The notes under the pieces: model-generated
Databases searched by the model: none
Told to the model about the DNA's origin: nothing
What the model saw: the letters and a program-made list of their open reading frames with translations, nothing else
Translations under genes and position numbers: made by a program
Part shown: positions 18,108 to 28,513 of the stretch, piece after piece
Position numbering within the stretch: the first letter of the stretch is position 1
Layout of the letters: each line of letters begins with the position of its first letter
DNA from: a bacterium
GTDB lineage: Bacteria > Zhuqueibacterota > Zhuqueibacteria > Oceanimicrobiales > Oceanimicrobiaceae
Direction of reading: 5' to 3'
Assembly (NCBI GenBank): GCA_037446635.1
Contig: JBBIIG010000038.1
Span: 1-40,262, forward strand
DNA: 40,262 nt

Positions 18108-19793
18108 TCACAGCCTCCCGGACCGCAAGATCGCGATCACCAGCCATATTCCGAGGATGCCGGCAAACACGAAGCCCATCATGCCAAAGAGAGGAAATCC
18201 GAACAATTGCGGCCCGGTTTGAAAACTTAGAATCAACGACGACCCCAGAATCAGCGCGGCGATGATCAAGCTGAAGGCGATACGGTTGGTTGCGCGGTCC
18301 AATTCCAACATCAAATTGTGCAGGCCGCGATCCTGCAGTTCGATGGCGAATTGCCCGCGTTTGATTTTGCGCAGCAGCAATTCCATTTCCCGCGGCGCGT
18401 TCTTAAAGAGATCATACAGGTCGCGCAGAGCTTTGATGCCTTCGTAAGCAATTTTGTTAACGTTCAACCGCCGTAACATCAGCTTGCTGACGTAGGGTCT
18501 CGCCAGCGAAAAAATATCGAAATCGGGATCGAGCTTGCGCGCCAGATCCTCATACGTGCCGAGGGTTTTCATCAGCAGCAGCAAGTTCGAGGGCGTGCGC
18601 AACTGATGGCGCGTCACTAATTCGAAAACATCGGATACGATATTCTGCATGTTGATCTTTTTAAGCGAGACGCCGTAATAGCGATCGATAAAGTTGGTGA
18701 GATCTATCCGCAGCGGACGCACGTCCTGATCGTCGCTGAGGGCGCCGAGGTTGATGAGCACGCGGATGATCAAATCGGCGTCTTTCTGCACGGCGGCGAT
18801 AAGCAGATCCGAAACCTGCTCCATCAAAAAATCGTCGAGGCGGCCCATCATCCCGAAATCCACCGGCACGATAGTGTGATTGTCGCGGATGAAAATATTG
18901 CCGGGATGCGGGTCGGCGTGGAAGAAGCCATCCTCAAAAATCTGCTTCAGGATGAAACGGCCGCCAACCTGGGAGATGAATTTCAGATCGCAGCCGGATT
19001 GCCGCAGCGATTCGATGTCGGAAATTTTCGTGCCGGCGATAAACTCGGTAGTGAGAATTTTGTCGGTGGTGAATTCCCAAAAAACCTTTGGAATGTAAAC
19101 GTGCTCGAAGCCGCGCATGTTCTTGGCAAAAATTTCGATGTTGCGGCCTTCGTTGAAAAAATCGAGCTCGCGTTTGGTGGTTTGCGCCAGTTCACGCACC
19201 AGGCCGACGGGATCAAACTGGCGGCTTTCCGGGATGTGGCGGTCCATTAAATGCGCGAAGTCGGAAAGAATATCGAGGTCGGTGGCAATGATGCGCGCCA
19301 CTTCCGGCCGGCGGATTTTCAGCACCACTTCGTGGCCGTCGTGGGTGCGCGCGCGATGCGCCTGGGCAATCGAGGCCGAGGCAATCGCCTCGTTTTGAAA
19401 TTCCGCAAACTTGTCGGCTAACCTGCCTTCCAGTTCTTCTTCCACATATCCTTGAATTTTTTCAAAGGGCAGGGGACTGACGTCGTCCTGCAGCTTAGTA
19501 AGCTCCTCCACCAGCTCGGCGGGAATGAGAAACGAGCGCGTGCTGAGCAGTTGCCCCAATTTGATGAACGTAGGCCCTAACTCCTCCAACGCCAAACGAA
19601 TCCGTTCGGACTGAGACAGGGGTCTGGCTTGCGCTCCCTTTCTCTTGAACAGCCGCCGACCCAGTTGCAAATAGGCGCTCAGGTTCATACGGTCAACGAT
19701 TTCCGCAAAACCGTATTTGATCAACACGCCGACGATCTGCCGGTAGCGTTTGAGGTTGCGGTAGCCTTTATCGATGCGGGGAATATAAACCAT
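18108..19793 (-). CDS. ABC1/AarF/UbiB family atypical kinase
   Basis: LGPTFIKLGQLLS, ASASIAQAH, FFHADPHPGN, DFGMMG; two C-terminal TM segments. Confidence 0.93.
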   Translation of the reverse strand: MVYIPRIDKGYRNLKRYRQIVGVLIKYGFAEIVDRMNLSAYLQLGRRLFKRKGAQARPLSQSERIRLALEELGPTFIKLGQLLSTRSFLIPAELVEELTKLQDDVSPLPFEKIQGYVEEELEGRLADKFAEFQNEAIASASIAQAHRARTHDGHEVVLKIRRPEVARIIATDLDILSDFAHLMDRHIPESRQFDPVGLVRELAQTTKRELDFFNEGRNIEIFAKNMRGFEHVYIPKVFWEFTTDKILTTEFIAGTKISDIESLRQSGCDLKFISQVGGRFILKQIFEDGFFHADPHPGNIFIRDNHTIVPVDFGMMGRLDDFLMEQVSDLLIAAVQKDADLIIRVLINLGALSDDQDVRPLRIDLTNFIDRYYGVSLKKINMQNIVSDVFELVTRHQLRTPSNLLLLMKTLGTYEDLARKLDPDFDIFSLARPYVSKLMLRRLNVNKIAYEGIKALRDLYDLFKNAPREMELLLRKIKRGQFAIELQDRGLHNLMLELDRATNRIAFSLIIAALILGSSLILSFQTGPQLFGFPLFGMMGFVFAGILGIWLVIAILRSGRL

Positions 19794-20273
19794 TCAAATG
19801 ACTTCCAAATCTCGCGTCAAATATTCCGAATAATCTTTCAGCTTCGGCTCATAGCTTTCGTTAATCAACGGCGAGGAGATGATGAAATCCGCCGACGAGC
19901 GATTGCAGGCGATGGGAATATTATAGACCACCGAAATCCGCAGCAGCGCTTTCACGTCCACGTCGTGAGGATGGGGCTGCATCGGATCCCAGAAAAAGAT
20001 CAGGATATCAACTTTACCTTCGGTGATGAGCGCCCCCAATTGCTGGTCGCCGCCCAACGGCCCGGACTTCAGTTTGGTGATGGACTTGGGTTTGTGGAGG
20101 GATTTCTCTTTCGCAATTTTGTTAGCAAGGACCTTTTCTATCATCAAACCGGTGGTGCCGGTGCAAATCAAATTGTGCTTCGACAGAACTTGATAATTCC
20201 ACTCCACCCATTCGATCAAATCTTTTTTGCGATTATCGTGCGCCACCAGCGCGATGTTTTTTTCTTTTGTCAT
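19794..20273 (-). CDS. mgsA: Methylglyoxal synthase
   Basis: IALVAHD, TGTTG, SGPLGGDQQLG, FFWDP..PHDVDVKALLR. Confidence 0.97.
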   Translation of the reverse strand: MTKEKNIALVAHDNRKKDLIEWVEWNYQVLSKHNLICTGTTGLMIEKVLANKIAKEKSLHKPKSITKLKSGPLGGDQQLGALITEGKVDILIFFWDPMQPHPHDVDVKALLRISVVYNIPIACNRSSADFIISSPLINESYEPKLKDYSEYLTRDLEVI

Positions 20274-20306
20274 TTATGACTCCTCTTACTTAATCGGAAC
20301 GACTCC

Positions 20307-20447
20307 GCTTTACGTGTAACACAAAGCTCTGCTTTGTGAGCCGCAAACCCGAGGATTGCTTTACAAGTAACACAAAGCTCTCCTTTGTGAGCCGCAAACC
20401 CGAGGTTTGCTTTACAAGTAACACACAGCTCGGCTTTGTGAACCGCA
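20307..20447. repeat. 51-bp tandem repeat (~2.8 units) carrying a CACAAAGC-NNN-GCTTTGTG hairpin
   Basis: Units start at 20307, 20358 and 20409. Confidence 0.9.
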
Positions 20448-20622
20448 CGGCCAAAGATAATAAATAACTTCGACGATGTAAAGAGCGAGCGCCGCCCCGT
20501 GTTCACTTTCTGCCCACGTGCGCAATAATTTACCATTCCTCTAAAAATCATTTCGCATAAAAATCTCCACTTTCGTACCTGGATTACTCACAAACTCAAG
20601 CGATTCTTAAGAATCTCGCCGC

Positions 20623-20637
20623 TGGCACACTCCTTGC
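20623..20637 (+). promoter_or_regulatory. Sigma54 (-24/-12) promoter
   Basis: TGGCAC-ACTCC-TTGC matches the TGGCAC-N5-TTGC consensus, ~54 bp before the first operon gene. Confidence 0.7.
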
Positions 20638-20690
20638 CGAAAAGCCGTCGTTCTGAAACAGGAGACCCGAATTAACTCCGGAAAAACAAC

Positions 20691-21710
20691 TTGCGAACCA
20701 TCATCAGCACATACAGCTTTCGATATTTTATTTTGAGTGGCCTCCTAATCAGTGGATGCGCAGCGAGCCGGTTCCAGAACGTCGAACTTGCCATGCGCCA
20801 GCAGAACTGGCTCAAAGCTCAGCAAGCTCTGGAAGAGCGGGTGCAAACCAACCCCAGGGACGGGGAGGCGCATCTGCTGTTGGCGGAAGTTTACGGCGAA
20901 ACCGACCAGATTCATTCGCTACAAAAAACCATCGCAACCCTGCGCCAGCTTTCTCCCAAATACGCCGAGCCGGCCAATTTTCTTTCACAAAAGTACTGGA
21001 CAAAAAATTTCCGACGCGGCCTCTACCTTTTTGAGCAGCGCCAATTCGGCGACGCCGTCAAACATTTGCAGTTTGCGGCGATGCTCGACTCCGCCAACAG
21101 CGATTCCTGGCAGCGGCTCGGCGACGCGCTGTTTCTGAGCGCGCGCTACTTCGAGGCCAAGAAAGCCTACGGCCAGACGCTGAGTAAAAATCCCGGCAAT
21201 CTCACCGTCAAAAACAATCTCGCGGAAATTTATTTCATCGAAAAAAATTATGCCGCCGCCATCGAGCTGTGCGATGAAATTCTTGCGGAAAAAGAAGATG
21301 ACCTGAACGCGCTGCTGCGGCGCGCCTATTCCTACGACGGCCTGGGAAAATTCAGCGACGCCGAACGGGATTTCCTGACCGCGGCCGAGTGGGACGCAGG
21401 GCCGAATACCCTGACCGCGCTGGGATTGTTTTATTTTCGCAACGGCAAATACCCTAAAGCCATCGCGCAGTTCAGTCAAGCGGCGGAAAAATCGGACAAC
21501 CCGATTGTGCTCTATCGCTATCTCGGGGAAGCCAATTGGCGCCTGCGCAATTTCAAAGCAATGGCCTCGTGGTACCAGAAAATTGTGGATAGCCTTCCCG
21601 ACGATATTTCCGCCTGGAAGAATTTAGCTATCGCGTATGAAGCGCTGGGACAAAAAGAACTGCTCGCCCAGGCGCGCAGCCAGATTCACAAAATCAGCAG
21701 CACGAATTAA
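20691..21710 (+). CDS. TPR-repeat lipoprotein
   Basis: Lipobox-like LISGC; multiple TPRs; TTG start. Confidence 0.85.
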   Translation: MRTIISTYSFRYFILSGLLISGCAASRFQNVELAMRQQNWLKAQQALEERVQTNPRDGEAHLLLAEVYGETDQIHSLQKTIATLRQLSPKYAEPANFLSQKYWTKNFRRGLYLFEQRQFGDAVKHLQFAAMLDSANSDSWQRLGDALFLSARYFEAKKAYGQTLSKNPGNLTVKNNLAEIYFIEKNYAAAIELCDEILAEKEDDLNALLRRAYSYDGLGKFSDAERDFLTAAEWDAGPNTLTALGLFYFRNGKYPKAIAQFSQAAEKSDNPIVLYRYLGEANWRLRNFKAMASWYQKIVDSLPDDISAWKNLAIAYEALGQKELLAQARSQIHKISSTN

Positions 21711-21762
21711 GCTCGTCGTCCATGAATTGGTTGAAGAATGTGAAACGGTATCCAATCAAAGC

Positions 21763-21837
21763 GGAGTAATGGAGTACTGGATTAATGGATTGTTTCTACT
21801 CATGCGATTATCCATTACTCCAGTACTCCATTACTCC
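21763..21837. repeat. Inverted octamer array hairpin (GGAGTAAT)n ... (ATTACTCC)n
   Basis: GGAGTAATGGAGTACTGGATTAATGGAT / ATCCATTACTCCAGTACTCCATTACTCC. Confidence 0.85.
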
Positions 21838-21922
21838 AACGAAATAATAATCCACATTCTGACAGAAGATATTGTCCACGAACCCCTTATACTAATCCTT
21901 ACTTAAACAGCGGGGAAATTTC

Positions 21923-24900
21923 ATGGGGATACGTTCGCTCGTATTCTTGATCATAAGTGTATTTTTGTGCTTCGGCGAACCGTTGCTGGCGCAGCCGCAA
22001 GTGACCAGCGTGTCGCCGCGGCAGAACGAAATCAATGTGGCGCTCACCAGCGCCATCGCGGTCACGTTTTCGGAAGAGATCAACGCCGCCACCCTGGACG
22101 CCACCACGTTTCTGGTTTACGGCAACCAAACCGGATTTTACAGCGGCTTTCTTTCTTACAATGCCTCCACTCGCAGCGCAAGTTTTCAGCCGGATCGATT
22201 TTTTAAAGACGGCGAGATCATCTCCGTCACCTTGACTTCCGGAATTTTAACCAATTCTGGTCAGAGCCTGCCGGCGTTTCAGTGGTCGTTCACGGTTGCG
22301 GTGGAAATTGGATCGGGCATTTTTGACGAACGCATTCAAGTGTCCGTTGGCGAAAACCAGCTCGTGCCCGCGGACCTGTTTGCCGGCGATCTCAACAACG
22401 ATCAATTTTCAGATTTGGCGGTGGTCAACAGCGGCACCAATTCCATCTCCATTTTAATCAACCGATTCGTTTTGCCCGGCGGTTCGTTCGATCCGCCGGT
22501 CATCGTACCGGTTGGCAACGGGCCGAATTACATCACCGGCGGCGACTTTAACAAAGACGGCTTCCTCGATCTGGCCGTCAGCAATTTTGACGATAACACC
22601 ATCTCGGTGCTGCGAAATAATAGCACCGCCAACTTCAACCTCGCGCAAACCATTCCCACCGGCGAGCATCCCACTCAAATTGAGTCCAGAGATTTCAACA
22701 ACGATGGCGATCTCGATCTGGCGGCCGTGATCTTTGGGTTGAATCGATTGCAGATTTTTTTGAATAACGGCAGCGGCACTTTTGCCGCGGCGGAGGTTTA
22801 TAACACCGGCGCCAGCCCCTACGCCCTCACCACCGGCGACTTCGATAACGACGGCGATGTCGATATCGTCGTCTCCAATTCCGGCGACAACACCATTCTG
22901 GTTTACGACAACAACGGCGCGGCGCAATTCAGCCCGTCGGGTGAAATTGCCGTCCCGAATTTTCCGACCATGATTCGCGCCAACGATCTTGTGGGCCGTC
23001 ATCCCAACAACTACGGCGACACCTTTGTGGATTTGGTGATCGCCCACCCCAACATCAATTCCATTTCGATTTTTGAAAATCGCTCGCGCGACGGCGGCTT
23101 CGTGCTCTCCGAAGAAATCCCCGTGGGCGTCCAGCCCAGCAATCTCGTCCTCGCGGACGTGGATACCTTCGACGCCGCCGCCAGACTCGCCGGCTTAGGA
23201 AAAGATCACGATCTTGATATCGCGGTGGCCAATCTGCTGTCGAACGACGTGCACCTGCTGCGCAATGAATTCAACAACGGCTTCGCAGAGGAAACCAACG
23301 TGTATGCCGCCGGCGAAACGCCCACCGGCATCGCCAGCGCCGACTTCGATCGCGACGGCGATATCGATCTCGCCGTAACCAACCTGACGACACAGACCGT
23401 GACCGTTCTGCTCAATCGCGGCGGACGCAGCGGCGGCATCCGTTTCACAGAGCCTACGCTGACGCTGGATTTCGGGCAGGTCTATGTCGGCGCCGATTCC
23501 ACCCAGACGCTCAACATCATCAATCCCACCAATGAAAATATTGTCCTGAATAACATCGCCGCCACGCTGCCGGTGTTCACCACCTCGGCGACGCAGGCGG
23601 TTATCGGGCCGGGAGAAAGTTTCGCGCTGGAGGTGACCTTCAGCCCGCAGGACACCGTGGTGTACGAGGACTCGCTGATCATTCAATCGCTGGTGTTGGG
23701 CGTGACCTCGGAAGTCAAAGTGGGGCTGCGCGGCGAGGGCATCATCGCCATCATCAGCGTGATTCCGGATACGCTCAATTTCGGCGGCATCTTACCGCCG
23801 CAGTCGCGAACGCTGCCCATTGAAATCATCAACCGCGGCAACGGCGCGCTGCAGGTGAGCGCGCTGGAATTCACCGACCCGGCGTTCACCGCGCCGGTAG
23901 CTCGGCTCACCGTGCCGCCCCATTCCCGGCAGCAGGTGGCCATCACCTTCACGCCGGCGCTTCCCATCGCTTACATCGATACGCTGACGGTGGTGAACAA
24001 CGACAGCCTCAACCCGCGGCCGCGGGTGATTTTGTTGGGCGGGCCTAACGCGTTTGCTCCGCGTATCACTTCGGCGGACACGGTCACGGCCATTGAAGAT
24101 ATTTTCTTTTCTTATACAGCCGCCGCCAGCGATTCCGACGGGACGCAGCCGTTCTTCACCTTCCGCGATCTGCCGCGCTGGCTGAGTCCAACTACTGCTC
24201 TGCCCGGCAACAACTCGGTTCAGGGCACGCCCCGCGAAGGCGACCGCGACACCTCGTTTGTGGTGATCGCCCGCGACGGCTTTTTCTCCGACACCCTCGC
24301 GGTGTTCGTGCGCGTCCTTCCGGTGAACGATCCGCCGGTGTTCGATCCCATTGCCGTGCAAACGGCCACGGAGCTGGCGCTGCTAACGTTCCAACTCTCC
24401 GCCACGGATCCCGAAGACAGCACCCTGACGTTTTCATCGCTCACCCCCCCGCCGGGCGCTGCGCTCACAAACACAAGTCGCAACACCGCGAGTTTCTCGT
24501 GGGTTCCGCCATTCGGTTCGCGGGGAATTCATAACATCACGTTTGTGGTGCGGGAAATGTTTGAAGCGGCGCCACTCAGCGACACCACGGTGGTGCGAAT
24601 TGTGGTTGGGCAGGCGCTGCCGGATCTGATGGTGCAGTCGCTGGGCATCGATAACACGGATATCTCGTTGAATCAAACGCGGCTGATCACCGGTGTCGCC
24701 CGCGCCAACTCCGCGCCGGTCGATGCGCCGTTCCGTTTGACCTTCCTGCACGACGGCGTTGCCGCTAAAGACACCGTGATTGCCGGTCTGGGATTGGATG
24801 CGGAAGTCGCGTTCACCTACAGTCCAACGTTCACTCGTCTGGGCGCCCATGAAATTACGTTTGTGGTGGACGCGAGCGATCAAATTGTCGAGACCAATGA

Positions 24901-25222
24901 AGACAACAACTCGGCGATTTTGCGGTTGCAAGTTGCCAAAGGCGCACTGGCGGTGCGGCCCAATCCTTTTACACCCAACGACGACGGCTTTAACGATCGC
25001 GCGGTGTTTGATTTTGGCGAGCTCACTTTGCAGCAGCCGCAGCTCAAAATTCTCAAGTTCAACGGCTCGCCGCTGCTGACGCTCACCCAGCCGCGCAATT
25101 TCACCTTCGAATGGAACGGCAGAGATGACAGCGGCCGCGATCAGCAGCCGGGAATTTATTTGTACATCCTCTCCGACGGCGACCGCCGGGTAGCCAGCGG
25201 CTACGTGGTGCTGGCGCGTTAA
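21923..25222 (+). CDS. Surface adhesin-like protein: Ig-like, FG-GAP propeller, Ig/cadherin/CARDB-like domains, T9SS type-B (gliding-motility-associated) CTD
   Basis: GDFNKDGFLDLAV-type repeats; ETNEDNN; PNPFTPNDDGFND...WNG....PGIYLY. Confidence 0.9.
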   Translation: MGIRSLVFLIISVFLCFGEPLLAQPQVTSVSPRQNEINVALTSAIAVTFSEEINAATLDATTFLVYGNQTGFYSGFLSYNASTRSASFQPDRFFKDGEIISVTLTSGILTNSGQSLPAFQWSFTVAVEIGSGIFDERIQVSVGENQLVPADLFAGDLNNDQFSDLAVVNSGTNSISILINRFVLPGGSFDPPVIVPVGNGPNYITGGDFNKDGFLDLAVSNFDDNTISVLRNNSTANFNLAQTIPTGEHPTQIESRDFNNDGDLDLAAVIFGLNRLQIFLNNGSGTFAAAEVYNTGASPYALTTGDFDNDGDVDIVVSNSGDNTILVYDNNGAAQFSPSGEIAVPNFPTMIRANDLVGRHPNNYGDTFVDLVIAHPNINSISIFENRSRDGGFVLSEEIPVGVQPSNLVLADVDTFDAAARLAGLGKDHDLDIAVANLLSNDVHLLRNEFNNGFAEETNVYAAGETPTGIASADFDRDGDIDLAVTNLTTQTVTVLLNRGGRSGGIRFTEPTLTLDFGQVYVGADSTQTLNIINPTNENIVLNNIAATLPVFTTSATQAVIGPGESFALEVTFSPQDTVVYEDSLIIQSLVLGVTSEVKVGLRGEGIIAIISVIPDTLNFGGILPPQSRTLPIEIINRGNGALQVSALEFTDPAFTAPVARLTVPPHSRQQVAITFTPALPIAYIDTLTVVNNDSLNPRPRVILLGGPNAFAPRITSADTVTAIEDIFFSYTAAASDSDGTQPFFTFRDLPRWLSPTTALPGNNSVQGTPREGDRDTSFVVIARDGFFSDTLAVFVRVLPVNDPPVFDPIAVQTATELALLTFQLSATDPEDSTLTFSSLTPPPGAALTNTSRNTASFSWVPPFGSRGIHNITFVVREMFEAAPLSDTTVVRIVVGQALPDLMVQSLGIDNTDISLNQTRLITGVARANSAPVDAPFRLTFLHDGVAAKDTVIAGLGLDAEVAFTYSPTFTRLGAHEITFVVDASDQIVETNEDNNSAILRLQVAKGALAVRPNPFTPNDDGFNDRAVFDFGELTLQQPQLKILKFNGSPLLTLTQPRNFTFEWNGRDDSGRDQQPGIYLYILSDGDRRVASGYVVLAR

Positions 25223-25264
25223 ATCGATGATCGATGATTGAAAATTGAAGATGGAGACATTGAC

Positions 25265-25301
25265 TGTCATTGCGAGCGACCGCAGGGAGCGAAGCAATCT
25301 C
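25265..25301. repeat. REP-like palindromic element GTCATTGCGAGCG...AGCGAAGCAATCTC
   Basis: Imperfect palindrome in the intergenic gap, preceded by a heptamer-like run at ~25224-25255. Confidence 0.55.
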
Positions 25302-25331
25302 CTAATTACTGCCAACTGAGGTATTGCTGAC

Positions 25332-27071
25332 GTGATAAAAAGAACCTTACTCATCCTGTTCGCGCTGGCTGTAAACGCAGCCGCGCAAAATTTGATCACC
25401 GCCAACCCGGCGGAGATGGGCGACTTCCGTTCGGCGTTTGTGAACCCCGGCATCATTTCATTTCAGGACGCCCACGCCGCGCTCGGCGGCAAACTCTTTC
25501 ATCTCGGTTTCGTAGAAAATCACACCTCGCCCTTTCGCCACGGATTGATGAGTCTGGTTCTGCCCTTCGGCATCGACGATATGACGGGACTGGGAATTCA
25601 GGCGCAGTATTTCAACAGTCCTCTCTACAGCCAAAGCAACCTGACCTTTGCTCTCACCCGGCGCTTTCGCGGCGTCTTCGGATTGGGAGTGAAGGTCAAC
25701 GTCTTCAATCACGCGTTTAATGAAAACAATTTTGATTTGGTGGACGCAGACGATCCGGTGTTCGCCGGCGGCACGAGCAAATGGAACGCCTCCCTCGGCG
25801 CTGGCGTCGCGTTCATGCCCTATTCGTTTTTGACGCTCGGGGTTGGAATCGATCACATCAATCGCGCCAACATCTCGCTCAGCGGCGACGCCGTGTATCA
25901 GCCCTTCAAAGCCTATTTGGGCGCGGTGGCCACGTTCGGACTGCTGCAGGCGTCGGTCAGCGCCGCGTACGAAGATCATGAGTTGCTGCCGAAAATTTCC
26001 ATCGGCACGTTTCCTGGCCAACTCGGTCTGCTGCGGGTGGGCGTCAACCAAAACGCTTTTGAGGCCGAAGCACAACTGCGCATCACCGGGCCGCTGAGTT
26101 TGAATTACAGTTACGATTACACCCTGTTCGACAATCAGGGCATCGGTTTTGGGTCGCATCAGCTCACGTTGATTCATGAATTCGATCGTCAGCGCAGTCT
26201 GCCCAAAATCAAACTGCCGGAGGAATTTGCCGCGCCTTTCGTGCCGCCGGATAAAATCCTGCGCGAGGAATCCCGTTTCGCGGTGCACCCCACCAGCCGG
26301 CAATTGGATATCATCGACAAACGAATCACTCGCCATATTGATCCGGGCATCAGCGAAGAGGCGCTGGCGCAGCTCACCCTCTACGACCTCGGCATCCTCG
26401 ATTCCAGCCGCGCCGAGGCCATCGTCCCCTTTGAAAAAGATACCCTCGATTTAGACGCGGTGCCCGCCATCGTTGACGTCAATTTGTCGGCGCCGTATCT
26501 CGAATTTATTCGCTCGCTGAATGAGCGGGGGATTCGCGCCGAAATCATCACCTCGAAGGAATCGCGGCTGCGCGCGGCGGGAATGAGAAAGTATTTTGGT
26601 TCGGATTCAACGCTGGCGTTTGTGGAACCGCTCTATCCTTCGCCGGCGGACAGCGCGCTGGCCAATGAAAAACTGCCGCCGCAATCGATCAAAACCCAGG
26701 AGTCGATGACGGTGCTGGCGCCGCGCTCGACGTCGTTCACCATTATACCGGTATCGCTGGAAAGCTACGCGCAAAACTGGCGGCTGGTGATCGAGTCCGA
26801 AGACGGCGATGAAATTCGCGGCTACGCGGGCAGCGGCATGCCGCCCCAGGAAATTGAATGGGATTGGCGGGATCATTCAGGGCGGGTGATCGCGCCGGGA
26901 ATTTACTACTATTCCCTGCACTGGTCGGACAGCCGCGACCAGCCGCACGCCACCGACAAAAACCCCATTTTCGTGAAAAAGATCGTTCGCAGCATCACCA
27001 TCGAAATTACTCATCAACCCAAAGCGATAGGAGACGACGTACATGAAATCGATCTTATTCTTAAAAAATAG
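25332..27071 (+). CDS. PorP/SprF family outer-membrane beta-barrel with long C-terminal extension (FlgD-like Ig at end)
   Basis: VNPG, GIDHINRANIS, YSYDYT...GSHQLTL; C-term EWDWRDHSGRVIAPGIYYYSL; follows a type-B-CTD gene. Confidence 0.8.
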   Translation: MIKRTLLILFALAVNAAAQNLITANPAEMGDFRSAFVNPGIISFQDAHAALGGKLFHLGFVENHTSPFRHGLMSLVLPFGIDDMTGLGIQAQYFNSPLYSQSNLTFALTRRFRGVFGLGVKVNVFNHAFNENNFDLVDADDPVFAGGTSKWNASLGAGVAFMPYSFLTLGVGIDHINRANISLSGDAVYQPFKAYLGAVATFGLLQASVSAAYEDHELLPKISIGTFPGQLGLLRVGVNQNAFEAEAQLRITGPLSLNYSYDYTLFDNQGIGFGSHQLTLIHEFDRQRSLPKIKLPEEFAAPFVPPDKILREESRFAVHPTSRQLDIIDKRITRHIDPGISEEALAQLTLYDLGILDSSRAEAIVPFEKDTLDLDAVPAIVDVNLSAPYLEFIRSLNERGIRAEIITSKESRLRAAGMRKYFGSDSTLAFVEPLYPSPADSALANEKLPPQSIKTQESMTVLAPRSTSFTIIPVSLESYAQNWRLVIESEDGDEIRGYAGSGMPPQEIEWDWRDHSGRVIAPGIYYYSLHWSDSRDQPHATDKNPIFVKKIVRSITIEITHQPKAIGDDVHEIDLILKK

Positions 27072-27942
27072 TCCCGATGAAACTTCTCATTTAAAATTAT
27101 GGGCAATGATTGCGCTGTCATTGGCCCTCTGCCTGCTTTTGGCGAGATCCGGGTTAAGCCAAACCGCCTCGCCGCTCAACGGCCAATCCCTGGCGACCAA
27201 CGACGCCCAGCAATTGACTCACATCAGCGATCTCAAAAATTTCTGGACACTGATTCAATTAGGCGGCGGCATTGCCTACACCACCCTCGGCGTTTTTGCC
27301 ATCGGCATTTTTTTGATCAGCCTGCAAGTTTATGAGCTGGTCATGGATCGGCTGCGGGGACGGGCGCTGCTCGCCATCGACTACCGGCAGCACACCGTGA
27401 CCGAAGTTACCGGGCTGGTGAAGAAATATCCCCACACGCTCACCGGCCGGCTCTACTCCGTGCTGCTTTCCATTTTTTATACTACCGGCGCCGTGCGCGA
27501 TTTTCACGACGAAATCGCCAACTACATTCAGATGCAGCAGGAGCGCTTCAACACCTTCAAAGGACGGCTGGCGTTTTTGTCCGACACCGCCGGCGCGCTG
27601 GGTTTGCTGGGAACGGTTTGGGGCATGTTCGTCACTTTCTTCGGCGGCAACCTCGACAGCCAGCGCATTCTCAACGGCATGGGCATCGCGCTGGTGACCA
27701 CGATTGTCGGTCTGGTGGTGAGCATCATCCTCAATTTTTGCGCCACCGAGGTGTTCAGCATTTTCAACAAACGCATGGAGCTGATTTCATCGAAAGCGGA
27801 TGAGTTCCGACTCTGGCTCATGGCGGTGCTGCAGCAGAAAGCCAAACGCGCCAGTGAAGTCCCGGCATCAGGAGAGAATTCCATTCGCAATCAGCCGCAC
27901 TCAACCGGACGGACGGCGGTGGCGGCGCAAACGGTTTTCTAA
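27043..27942 (+). CDS. exbB: MotA/TolQ/ExbB proton channel family protein
   Basis: AGALGLLGTVWGM...GMGIALVTTIVGLVVSI; alternative start at 27106. Confidence 0.92.
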   Translation: MKSILFLKNSPDETSHLKLWAMIALSLALCLLLARSGLSQTASPLNGQSLATNDAQQLTHISDLKNFWTLIQLGGGIAYTTLGVFAIGIFLISLQVYELVMDRLRGRALLAIDYRQHTVTEVTGLVKKYPHTLTGRLYSVLLSIFYTTGAVRDFHDEIANYIQMQQERFNTFKGRLAFLSDTAGALGLLGTVWGMFVTFFGGNLDSQRILNGMGIALVTTIVGLVVSIILNFCATEVFSIFNKRMELISSKADEFRLWLMAVLQQKAKRASEVPASGENSIRNQPHSTGRTAVAAQTVF

Positions 27943-28099
27943 TTGCAGTGGTGGAGTACTGGATTATTGGATCGTAGTAACTCAAAGCTCTGCTTTGAGA
28001 AGCAACCCCAAAAACGTTGTGAACAGCTTTACACATTAATCCATTGATCCAATAATCCATTAATCCTTTTAGGAAAAACAAAAATCAGGACTGGAGAAT

Positions 28100-28513
28100 A
28101 TGGGAAACAGCGGATCACTCATTCGGTTGATCGACATCGTGTTTATCTTGTTGATCGGGTTCATTTCCATTTCCGAAATCAACGAACGCAGCCGCATCAA
28201 GCTGCCGGAGAGCGCGGAGACGCCGCCCTCCAATCCGGACAAAGAGCGCGTGGTGTTTGTGGCCATCGACTCCACGGGCGGCTATCTGGTGGAAAACGAA
28301 ACCCAGCTCATCAGTGATGCGCAGACGCTGTATCACTACTTAAAAAATAAAACGCAGGAGTCGGTTTCTCAAAATGAGGAGCTGCGGGTGCGCATTCGTT
28401 CCAATTTCAATACGCCCATCAAATACACGATGGCGGCGGCAGACATTTGCGACGAACTCGGCATTCCCAAGGGCATCGATGTGCGCCGGATCACGGATGG
28501 AGTGTTGGAGTGA
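28100..28513 (+). CDS. exbD: ExbD/TolR family protein
   Basis: LIDIVFILLIGF TM with conserved Asp; IKLP. Confidence 0.9.
   Translation: MGNSGSLIRLIDIVFILLIGFISISEINERSRIKLPESAETPPSNPDKERVVFVAIDSTGGYLVENETQLISDAQTLYHYLKNKTQESVSQNEELRVRIRSNFNTPIKYTMAAADICDELGIPKGIDVRRITDGVLE

Noticed and set aside
20270..20551. 93-aa ORF or CRISPR at the 51-bp repeat
   Set aside because: The ORF is just the translated DNA repeat (AAHKAELCVTCKA), and the inter-hairpin segments are near-identical rather than spacers
24434..26336. 340-aa and 292-aa - strand ORFs
   Set aside because: Antisense shadows of the adhesin and PorP/SprF genes
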